Assembly: GCA_001179505.1 (NCBI GenBank)
Contig: CDMY01000553.1
Location: 186,001 to 250,000, forward strand
Source: Vitrella brassicaformis CCMP3155
Taxonomy: Eukaryota > Protista > Chromerida
DNA: 64,000 nucleotides
Direction: 5' to 3'
Shown here: positions 14,018 through 25,347 of the stretch, in pieces
How positions within the stretch are numbered: position 1 is the stretch's first letter
How the letters are laid out: every line of letters starts with the position of its first letter
The notes under the pieces: model-generated
What the model saw: the letters and a program-made list of their open reading frames with translations, nothing else
Databases searched by the model: none
Told to the model about the DNA's origin: nothing
Position numbers and translations under genes: made by a program

Positions 14018-17000
14018 CTATGCTCTCGTCCTTTGCTCATGTACGCCCATCAACACACACCGCCCTGATGTCCTCCTTTTTTTCACCACAACATCCTCAA
14101 CACAGTAGCTCAACACAAGATACACAAGATAAGCCCACAGCAGCACAAACAGCCTTACAGAAGGCCTAGCGACCCTCTCCGCGAGGGACGGGCCGATAAA
14201 TGCATCTTGGTCGAACACATCAAAAGTGAAGGGCACGCTGGCGACCTGATAGTTGAGCATGTAGATGACCAGGTGCCACACGTCAATGTCGCTTCTGGAC
14301 GAAGCCGGGTTGGTAATTGTCAGCCGCATGGCGTACTCGCCCCCAGCAAACTCCACAGACGGGTCGAGGTGAACGATCAGCTTATCGTCGTTGCACTCGG
14401 GGGCCTTCGCAGGGTCGGGCCTCAGCACGGTGCGGAAACCTGTGATGCTGAACTGGAGGCTCTCGCAGACGTCTTGGGAGAGCCGAAAGTCCTCAGAACA
14501 GCGGATTCGGATGCTGTTGCCAACGCCACTCTCAATTGTCCCCATCTGCCAGGAAAGCTAACAGATGGAGACAAAGAGACATGGGGGGTTTTGCGTTGCA
14601 TGTCATGTCTCTCCTTTCCTTAAATACTTCGAGTGTGTTTCTCTGGCTGGGGACGTTGCTGGATGCCCGCATTGCGCCGAGGCTGAGGTCGAAGCGGCTC
14701 AGCTGCCATCCCTGTATATTCAGGTTGGCGTCGATGACGCTGCCACTCTTGGCCGCCTTGAGTGTGAGGCCCCACAGGTTGGGCGTCGGCTGGATGCTGG
14801 GGTTCATCGTCGATAAGGCGAAGATGTACGTCGTGTTGGCCAGTGTCCCTGACGCACGCAAAGACAGACAGACAGAGGTGAGACACAAAGCTCTGATCGA
14901 CCGGTTTCATTAAGTCAGGCTGGCGTACCATTCCTGGAGTCCATTTCGAGCAGTAGGATCGTCGGGAGCTCTTCATGCGGGAAGCATTCGGTGCCTGTCG
15001 GCAGGTTGCCCATGTCGATGTCGGCGCAGCTGAGAAAATATCCCGTTGGGGAGTTGACGTCGATCCTGCCCTGCGGCGGCAGGTCCATGCTCGAGGAAAA
15101 GACGAATATCGCCTGGGTCGGCCGCCCCACCGGCGAGCTGCCCGTCACTGTCGCATCGACGGTGGATACCACATAGCCCTCGATGACGGACTTGGCCACG
15201 ATGACGCCCGCGACGGATATCTCGAGCTGCCACGAGTTGGCGTCCTCTCCTTCGCCGATTGCGATGGCGTTGGTCACCTTCATGGCTGTGGTGTATGTGG
15301 TACTGGCCTGAGACACCCCATCCCACCCCACAGAGCGTGACGACACAATTATTAACAAGACCTGACCCATCTGCCTATGTCTGTCTATTTGACTACTTGC
15401 AGAGCGGTGAGGGGCGTCGTAAGGGTGGCTATGTCTGCTGCGCCGAGGCATTCCCCAAACACACCCGCCAGCTCAGAGTCGGCCAGGCATTGCGTGTCGG
15501 CCACGAAGCCATCAGGCATTCTCACCTGCAGCAGGCAGACATCCACAGAGAGGGAGGCCGTCGGTCTGCCTGTTGTCGTACCAACCGTGAGCTTGATCTC
15601 ATTGGCCTCGCCGACGATGGTGTGTGATAAGCTGAATGCCATCTCCACCACGACGTCAGGCGCGGACGGAGACCTGCTGCTTGGATCGACCCGCACGTCG
15701 AGGAAGAATCCGAGCAGGCCGAATTCCGGGAAGAGGCCGTCGTTGGTGTTGGTGATCTGCGTGCCATTGCGGTCCTTGGAAGTCATAATGGTCCATCGAT
15801 TGTCCAGGTAAGACCGGTCAGGGTTGTTAGCCTGACAACGCCATGAGGAGACACGTACGCGCAGCGCAGGCAGCGCAGTTGTATCTGTCTGTCGTACCAC
15901 AAGGCTGAATGTCATGGCGTAGCCCGACCAGGAGTGGCCGAGCTCGATGTAAAACCGCTCGGCGGTAGCGTTCTGCCCCCAGTCGTTGCCCCAATCGCGA
16001 CCTGGAGGGGTGTTCCTGCCTGCCCCTGCTGTGTCACTGCTGTAGTAGTCCAAGATCTCGAAGCCAAAAGGCGCATCTACCAGGATGTACTCTCCTTTAC
16101 TCGCAGGCACCTCTGAATAGACCAAGTTGCAGGGATGCTTGACTGCTCCGTGTCTCAATGAGTGGGCGTCTTACCGGCCCTGAGTGTGAGGGTAATGGTG
16201 TTGTTCCTGCTGCCGTAGAAGGAATCGGTCATGTCTCCGCTGACGATGGTCAGCAGCCCGTACACAGGGTAGCACTCCACATCTGCCGCCTCGTCCACTT
16301 TGGCACGATTGCCCTCGACGTCCGTCAGGTATGTCATTATGGTCCAGAGCGTCATGGCCACCGGACTGTCGGGATTCTTTAGGTTCTCCAGCGTGAGCAT
16401 CACAAACTCGCCGGCTCCCATATCGACACGCACGTCAACAGTGTCGGTGCGTTTTTTGTAATACTTGCCGCCTGTGACTTTGACGCGGGAGAAAGAGAGG
16501 TGGGGCGATTGGATGACGAGCGTGTCGGCCGCTGAGATGGTTGTGAATGACACCGAGACTTTGGTAGTGCCTGCACCGAACCCACGCGTATGGGATACCA
16601 CAGGCAGGACGGGAGGTATTCGCATTCTGACTTCCTGCAGCGAATCGTGCATCTGTCTCATCCGGTGTGATGAGGGGGTCGATCAGCTGGGGAACAATGT
16701 TGTATCCCGCTGCTAGTGCCGAGCTTTGTATGACGTCGTTGCGGTAGTGCCTGGCTTCGAAATTGTTCGGCGAGGGGGTCTCCATTGGGTTCAACGCACC
16801 GACTGAGAAGCTAATCGTCGTTGCCTCGGGAATCTGCTGACCTATCACAAACCTACACGAACGAGAGGAGAGGATGGACTGTTTGCCTTGCAAGTGTCTG
16901 TCTATTGACATGTCATCTGCAGGGAGCTCACGCGATTTCGTTGAGTGTGCACTCAGGGTTAGGACTGACGGGGTTGTCACTGTCCGTCGGCAGCACCGGC

Positions 17001-20000
17001 GGCACCGTCAGCTCAGTGTAGTTCCGACAGAGCGTGCTCTGACCAATGCCGAAATTGAATGAGACAGGGGCGATGACGTGGATGCTGTCGCTGGGAAGCA
17101 CGTCGTCCGGGAACTCCAGGGTAAATTGGAGGGGCACCTCACGCAGACCTCGCTGCGATGAAGGAGTGACGTAGCTGAACCTGCAAGGACCACGCGCACG
17201 CCGTGTATCTGTGAGGTGCTTGCGTGGGTCGAGCTTACGTGTCCATGACATCGTTGATGCGAAAGCCGTCGCCATATGCAGCATCGAGACGATTGCTTTC
17301 AGGGCATGATGTGCCGAGATTGCTCTCGGCCGTGCATGAGAGGAAGTACCTGAGCCACACAAAGAAAATGGTGACGGCCGTCTCGATTGTGATCCTTCTC
17401 GTACCATCTTTCAGGCACGGGGACGATCTGCTGTGGGTTGATGACGGACAGGAAGATCTGATACCTCTTGCCGCCTTCAATGCGGGTGTCCTCTTTCAGC
17501 ACTCGGACACGCACGAAGCTGTTGGGAGGGTTGGTCCCCTCGCACATCAGCTCATCGCCAGCAAAGTCTTTCACAGGCAGCCCCGCCTCGGTGAGCTCAG
17601 TGACATGAAGCGTGCAGATGGTCGAGAACAGAAATCCACTGGGCGCAGTGATACGCAGCACACCACCTGAGGACAAGACACAGGGAGTGCCGAGACATGG
17701 AAGAAATGCCTCACCCGTGATGATGTCTTGGTATGGAGCCAGAGTGATGCACAAATCGTTGATGGTATCTCCCAGAGCCGTCGATCTCGCAAGAGTGGTC
17801 GGAACGATGACTACGTCGCTGAAGGCCCAAATGTCAAATCCGGCGAATGGCTCGGCCGACGACTGTCTGTAGGACAGCGACCACATGTTGGGATCAGGCG
17901 TGGTGGCTGGGTTGTTGACGCGAATGGTGAAGACATAGTTGAGCCCTGTCGAGAGGTCACCCCCCAGTATCGTCAGCCTTGCCACTTTGTCGGCACCCTG
18001 ACAGCTGGCGACGGTCACTCCCAACGGAAAGACGGTTAGACCCCACTCAACTTTGCCAGCTCCGGCATAGTTACGGAATGGCGCTGCAGTGTTCACTGGC
18101 CCGCAGTCCTCGTCGAACACGAAACCTTCAGGCGCCACTATCGTCATGACATCGGCGTCAACTGTGCCTTGCGGGAGTGTCCACGTCGCGAGCTGAAACA
18201 CTAGAGTCACCTGATTGACAGCTTCAGCACGGTCGTTTCGGTACCCTCCTGAGACAAGATGACGCATTTGTGATCAGTCGTTGGTTGTTGTGATGTTTTC
18301 TGTGGGTGGCGTACAGTACTACCTGTTTCTGTGAAGATGTATGCAGCTGGCATCTTTGGATTGACGGCGTATGGCGACATATACGTCGGTGCGTCAAGCC
18401 AGAGGCTGCCACCAGGGCCCTCCGAGTCAGTGGCCTGGTCGCAATTGGAAAACGACTCCACGTAGAGCGCGCCTTCAGGGACACCTGATCAAGCATAAGG
18501 GGAATGAGCCGTTGTGGCCTCGCAGCTGACATACGTGACCTTGTTCCGCTGGGTTTGTCACTTGCACTTGGAACCGATAGACGCCGCTGGCGAAGGTCGT
18601 CAGCATGCTTCGGACCTGGATGTAGCCGTTGCGGAAGGGCAACGATGCGATTTGTCGGTCCTGGGCGTCGCATGTAGCATCATCTGGGAACTTGTGGCCA
18701 CTGTCGCTGTCGAGAGTGCGGTAGCCAAGACACGCACCTGCCAAAAGGAGTGACGCCGAAATGAATCCTGTTTCTGCATTGATTATAAGTCTACCTGTTG
18801 TGACCTCGAAGTTCTGCGGTAAGGTGACTCTGAGGCAGCCGCCTTTGGGTATAGTCGTGACCGTCTCAACCCGCATGACGATATCAGACGGCTGACGGAC
18901 GACTGCATTCGACCAGCTCTCCAGCTCAGCATTGATGAGCCTCCGCACACGCGCCGGGGTGAACGCTGACAGACAAGCGCACACAGAGGCGAGTCCACTG
19001 AGACAAGAGCGCACTCAGCGCCTCATGGCTTTGTCTGTCTACCTGCAGCAGCGATGCGTTCATGTATGAGCGTCCCGTCGTAGCCATATTCGAAGAAGAA
19101 CTCGTTTGCCGAGGGGTATTCGTGCTTGAGCGACGGAGTGTCTCCAGGCACATGCAGTGATGTCTGGAAGGCATACCTAGCAAAATAAGGCAGCGCACAC
19201 AGCACAACTCGAACGCCGGTGGTTCCACTGTTTTGTCACATACCGTACATTGGCGTCGATGACGCCCCCAGCGTCGACGTCGAGCTCAAGGCTGTTGCCG
19301 TATGTGACTCCGCTGGATGGACGAACGACCGGCAGAGACTTAGTGATACCCGGCAGCTGGACGTTGTTGTCCGGATTGGCATCACCCACCTGCACACACA
19401 CAACCCACGGACACACGACACAGACAAACACACACACAAACGACCGCACTTGGCCCTCTTTGTATCTTCGCATGTATATGGATTGTATGTGTCTCACCCA
19501 CTTTGTATCGGAAAACGGCTACATCCCACTCGTACCCGCTGGGCGCCATAACCCGAATCTTCCCTCCTGTATGCTGCACCCCAATCTCAAACTCCACCGA
19601 CACGGCCGCAGGAGTCGTCGTATACCAAGACGGCAGAAAATTAGTCACATCAACGGTAAACACCGTCGCCTCTCGCTCGTAGACGCCCCATGATCGCTGT
19701 GAGGGCCCGGTGGCGTCTTCAGGGTTGAGTCGCGGAGTGTATTGGGTCCCATCGATGGCCTCCTGCAGCTGGGTGTAGGTGCGGATAAGGAAGGCGTTCT
19801 CGCGGGTGTCCTGCAGCGAAGTGTAGCTGGTTCGAGGTTCGTTCTGTACGCGGCGTGTCCTGAAACATACATATGACAGCTGAATCACATCACGGCAGTC
19901 AGTCCTTTTCGCTGCTGACTGAGTATACACCCTTACTTGAATGCATAGTTCTTCCCGCCGTCGAGTGACACCGATGAGGTAAGACTGATCCGGAGCCGAT

Positions 20001-23000
20001 TGCGGGTTGAGCAGGTCGTCGCCATGTTGGCTCCACAGTAGGGCCCGTTGACTGCCTGGCGAGACACAACTGGCGGGAGTGTTATGTTGGGATTGGACTC
20101 GTCCACAGGAGAAACGTCGGGATCGACATTGACGAAGGCGAACCCATCGAGCAAGTCCAGCTCAACAATCGCTCCTCGACCTGTGCACCACAGACAAATG
20201 GATTTCAACGCGTGTGGCCATTCGTCAAGACAGTGCCCACCGGCGCTCTGCTCAGTCTTGAAGAAGACGGTCAGCTCGTTGGACGAGAAGTCCTGCGCGA
20301 AGTGGGACGGCGAGAGGGTCGCTTCGGTTAGGAAGCCCATGACGGCGACATTTGGTCCGTAATCGCCGGATCCGGTGAAGATCTTCTGCATGTCTGGCTG
20401 AATGGGATCGCCCCCCTCGAGAGTGTCACGCCACTCGTGGCGTCCCTTCGACTGAAGAACCAGAGACGTGCCCTTGTGTCCGCGACTCACAATCATGCCT
20501 CACTCACCCTGACGACGATCTTCCACACGTTGGCTGGGTCGTATGGCGGGAGGGGGGTGGATGGGTTGGTGACCTTGAGCTTGACGATGAAGGGCGCCCC
20601 CGACGGAATCATGTGATGTTGTCCCATAGTGTACATGCACACATTCTGAGACACACACCACAAACATACAAAAGCGATTTCAGCTGGCCATCTCGTGCTT
20701 TCTCCTGGCCAAATGGAGTCGTACGCTGCCGAATGACCAGCTGTCTCCCGCGTCCGTTTTCAGTTGTGAAACCCCCACCGGCCGCGAGGACCCATAGACA
20801 AAGAGAAGGTCCTCTGTCGGCTCGGCCGCTGTGCACGTGTATCCCACAGGCAATGTGATCAACATTTGTCCCTGCCCAGGCTCTGCACACAACACACCAT
20901 CACCCACTCCTTGCAGCCTACCTACTGGACTGAGACACATACCCCTTACTTGCAGAGAACAGGAAGGAGCCCAGCACGATCCTCGCGTAGAGATAGTTGT
21001 CGGCATTGCCCCTGTAAGGCCTCATATTGCCGTCGCCGTGCTTTTGCACCACACCCGCCTCAGTGACTGTCACATTCTTGTACAGCAGCCCGCCCGCCGA
21101 CCGTGTGTGAGTCGGCAGCGTGCCGCCCTGCGTATGCAAACCAGATACAGAGAGAGAGACACAGAATAGTGCTTGTTTACTCACCCACCAGTGCGTAGAC
21201 TTGCACACCGATGTGTTCCGGGAAGAAGCCCTTTGCGGGGGGAATGATGGGGTCGAACACCACGAAGACATCGACACCATCGTTGATGGTCCCAACACCT
21301 CCCGGCACCGTCACACGGGCTCCTGCCTTGTTCTGTCCCACGCACAGGGGACACACGCCCCGCACCACATCTGTGTTTAAGTGAACCCCATATCGTCATG
21401 AAATGACGCACCTGCGTGCCGTCCCCGGCAGCTCTGCTGCCGATCTGTATCGGCGTGCAGTCGACATTCTGCACTTCGGTGAAGTCGTCCTTGATAAAGT
21501 ATGCATTGCATCCAGCGCCGAAGTCCCACAGAGTGAGTGGGTGGAAGATGAATTCCAGCCAGTAGTCGGGCTTGATGCGGGTGGTGTCCGTGTCGCCGCC
21601 GGCTGAGATCTTGATGTGCAGCTTGTCCACTGCCGCAAGCTCCACCAGGTCGCTCTCTGACCAGCAAGCAGACCACAACATAGACATAGATGGCCAAGCA
21701 TCACAGTGACAGTGTCTCCTCACCAGTGAAATCGCCGCCTGGCACAGGGCGCTCGCCCAGCACTATCACCCCATCGGTGGCGTTGAAGCTGCCATAGACG
21801 GCCCCGGTGTAGTCGCTCAGCGAAGGCGGAATGCGCCTGGGGTCCGGCGCGACGTTGGCAAACTCGACCACCTCATGCGGTTTGAGAAACTGGTCGTCCT
21901 TTGACCACACTTGCATCAGGACGTCGCCGGCCTGAATCGACGACTGATGGATTGCAGACACACAGGCTGCCTGAATGGATGTGTAGAGGTACACACAATT
22001 GGTTGCGTACCGATGGGCTTGTTCTGCAGTTGAAAACGAGTTCATATCGCGTGTTTGCCTTGAGACCGTTGTAGCGGTCGAAGTAGATTATGAAGGACTG
22101 ATACGTGCCAAAGGGGCCAGAAGTTACAGCATGCCACCTGAAGGTGCAATAGACACCAAGGCATGCTTGTGATACCTGTGGCTGTCTGTTCGGTGGCTGA
22201 CTTGCAGCTGTGTGGCATGGGGAACCCCGTCGACTGGCCCCACGTCTCAATGAGGAACCTGCCGCACTCCCTCTGCGTCGCAATGGGCTCCTCTTGCACC
22301 GCTTCGGGGTTGCTGTCACTTGACAGAGGCTCAAGCTGGCTCAAGGCTGTAAATCGAAGCTCCAGAGCCATGCCGTACACAGCCTGTGATGATGGGAAGC
22401 AAAGCAGAGCAGACGAGCCAAGGGCAGTCGACATCGACTCACGGCATCACTTACCCACCGTGGTGTATTGCGGCGTCGCTGCGACGTTTGTGAGGAAGTT
22501 GAGCAGCACGGGGCCCTCCTTTGTCGGCTCCAGTACGGTCAGATGGAGGTTTGCTTCTGTCATCAGCAGCGGCATTGTGGCCGTGATGAAGCCTGCGTGC
22601 ACCCATCCGGCAGTCTTGAGACCGTCGATAGGCGGGAGAGGACAGTCGTTGCCGAGAGGACAGCTTGTCTGTTGAGCCGGTGACGAGAAGATCCAGCAGA
22701 GATTGTATTGCTCTTCGGTCACTGAGCCTGGCCTGAGATGAAACAGGGAGGCGGCATGGTGGCAGAACGTGTGTCTCCGTTATGGTTACACACTGGCTGA
22801 TTATGAGTCCCTCGAATCTCGCCCGCGTGACGACGACAGCGATGGCAGTGGCAGTGGATGTGGGCGGCTGGGCATCAATTTGGAAGAAGGTGTCGTTGTG
22901 GATCTGCGTCACTCGAAAGTTCTGGTTCTTGTCGGTGAAGTGGCCGCTGACGACGAAACGAATGTAGTCCTGTCAGTTAGAATGAACCAGTGAGGACATA

Positions 23001-25172
23001 CATACACGGGTATGCCCTCGGTGCTCGTCTTACGGTGTTACTGATGCCATTTGGAGCGTCTGTCTCTAGAATGGTGAAACAATTCGGGTCAGAGTAGGAG
23101 ACGTCAGTGCACGCTGAAGACGCATCAAAAAGGACAAGACGACTTCTTTCGAATGCGAAGGTTCTTCTCTCGGTGTGTGTCTCACGTGCTGTGCCGGTGA
23201 TGGATTGGATATTGAGCATGACCACTTTGCTCGCGTATCCCGTGGCAGCGGTCGTGCATCCAGAGTCCCATCCAGGAGTTACATCGACCCGCGAGTCCAC
23301 CTTCCCTCCGTACTCGTGCCCCTCCATCGACAGGTCCAGCTCGGTGCCACGGACCACGATGGAAAACTCCTGACCGAACGCCACAGTATAGCTGTTTAGT
23401 GAGGCAGTGGGGCCGCCGATTGCCATGGCACCTGAAATACACAGAGGGAGGCAGAGAAGGAGACACCGTGGACGAGAGCAGGGTGTGGTGTGTTTGTTGT
23501 CCATGCCATGCACCTGCATCGGTTTTGAAATCGGTCGGACTGGTGCAGGTTTGTCCGGGAATGGTCGTGTCGTCGAGGGTGCAGAAGCACAAACGGTAGA
23601 GGCCTGGTGTGGTGTCGATCAGGTCACCCGACGAGCCCCACTCATAGTCCATCCCGTCGTTGGTGCCGTTGGCGGATATGGCGTCGTCTGGCAGGTTGGC
23701 AAGAGGCGTGTTGGTGCCGCACTCGCTGAGGATGGCCATCTTGCCGCCGCGCTCCAACAAGTTCCCCTGCACACCTGCCATTTTCATTAGATGAGACACA
23801 CTCGCCCGTGTCTTGCAGATCTCGATCGCTGTATACCCATGCTTACTCACCGTTTGTCTCACACTGCCTTCCCTCCCAGCAGGTGAAGTACTGGCCTTGC
23901 GTCGGGCCTCCGAGCCTGACCGTGCCACCGGGTGAGAGAAACTGGCTGGGGAAATTCGCCATACAATCGTATTGGCTGGCAGGGCAGTAGCAAAGCGTGT
24001 AGTTGTCAGGGGGAGCGGTGATGGCGTGCTGGGCGAAGATGCTGCCGCTCGATGATGGGTTGCCCTCAAACTCAAACTTGTACTGGATGACGTCCGTCAC
24101 ATAGGCTGGATTGGCGAGACCCTCGGTGGAATTGTAAGCGCCGAAGCCGCTGCTGACGGCGGGCGTCGTGCCACACGTGCCTGTCTCTGCCATGACATAC
24201 ATCATATCGTCCACCTTCAGCCCGAAATTCGCTGCGATGTTGTTGACCCCATCATCATCTTGAATCTGCAGAACAGTCCACACACATCAATGGCATTGAG
24301 ACAGGCCACAGCAGCAGAGTCACTCACATAATCGTAGCCAGCTGAGTCAAAGTCAGGCTTAGGGTAGTTGGGAATGCATGGGTGTGAGTGAAAGCACCGT
24401 ATCTCGTTGGACGGTCCCGGGCCGTTGATAACGACCTTCTTGGGATCTAGTGGCGGTGCTGAGACCGCCTCCACGAAAAAACTGGGATCATTTGCCGCTG
24501 GGTACTTGCAACTATTGGGTGTGTTTTGATCCTGCAAAAAATGAACACGCATTCGCTTCTGGCATCCATCCCAGCTCTTCCATGCTTGCCTCCCTCTACT
24601 CACATGGTCGCAAACACATAAGGCGAACTTGCCCGGTCTGTCCACAACGACAGGGCCGCATATCAGAGTGTCGTCAGAAATGCTCTCCGTCACCACAGTG
24701 CAATTTGCCGAGCCCGCCGGCGGGGGATCGGCCCAGCCAATCACGCTGTTGGGGGAGGGAGTGATAGAAAAATGGGTCGGGATCTTGCCATGGGCAGGAA
24801 GAGCGGTGCAGCCTGTGTAATCGGTGGGGCAGCAACCTGAAGACATAACACAAACGCCTTGGCATCTTTCCTGTTCCTCTTAGCTCTCTTGCCTTGGTCT
24901 GCAATGACCAGACGGTCGTCTGGTTGAAAGCTCTCCACGCCGCCAACCCTCAGCCTCAGGTAAAACTCCCTCCCGTGATGCACGACTGTCTCATCTCCTG
25001 TCGCCAGTCGTGTCGGGTCGTACGAGATGACTCCATGGTCGACATATCCTTCAAATACGGCCAGCTCTCGCCTTGGTGAGGAAGCCGAGAGGGACATTCG
25101 GAGAGATGCGATACGCATCAGGAGGAAGGGGAGAAGAGAAGGAATAAGTGGCCATGGAGAAGTGGACAACAT
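14018..25172 (-). CDS. Giant secreted/surface protein with N-terminal Cys modules and tandem ~150-170 aa beta-rich repeats; tens of exons
   Basis: Signal-like start (MLSTSPWPLIPSLLPFLLMRIASL). A continuous run of minus-strand exons carries recurring I-x-x-P-x-G-[FY] and [VI]-x-N-P...N-x-W motifs. C-terminal hydrophobic stretch VRLFVLLWAYLVYLVLSYCV. The exact 3' end is uncertain. Confidence 0.8.
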
Positions 25173-25248
25173 ACCGCCACCGTATCATGAACAATGGACA
25201 CGGCTGTTGCGATGCTTAGATCATGCAAAAGAGGGGGGGGGAAGGGAT

Positions 25249-25258
25249 TTGCGAGCTA
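25249..25258 (+). promoter_or_regulatory. Candidate promoter element TTGCGAGCTA
   Basis: Lies between divergent ATGs at 25172 (-) and 25348 (+). Confidence 0.55.
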
Positions 25259-25347
25259 GGTGTGGGGGCGCCCCCAAACTTGCGCATGCAGAGAGCTTTG
25301 CCTGATCGTCGCGCATCGGTAGCATTTCTCCCCCCTTGCCTGAGATA

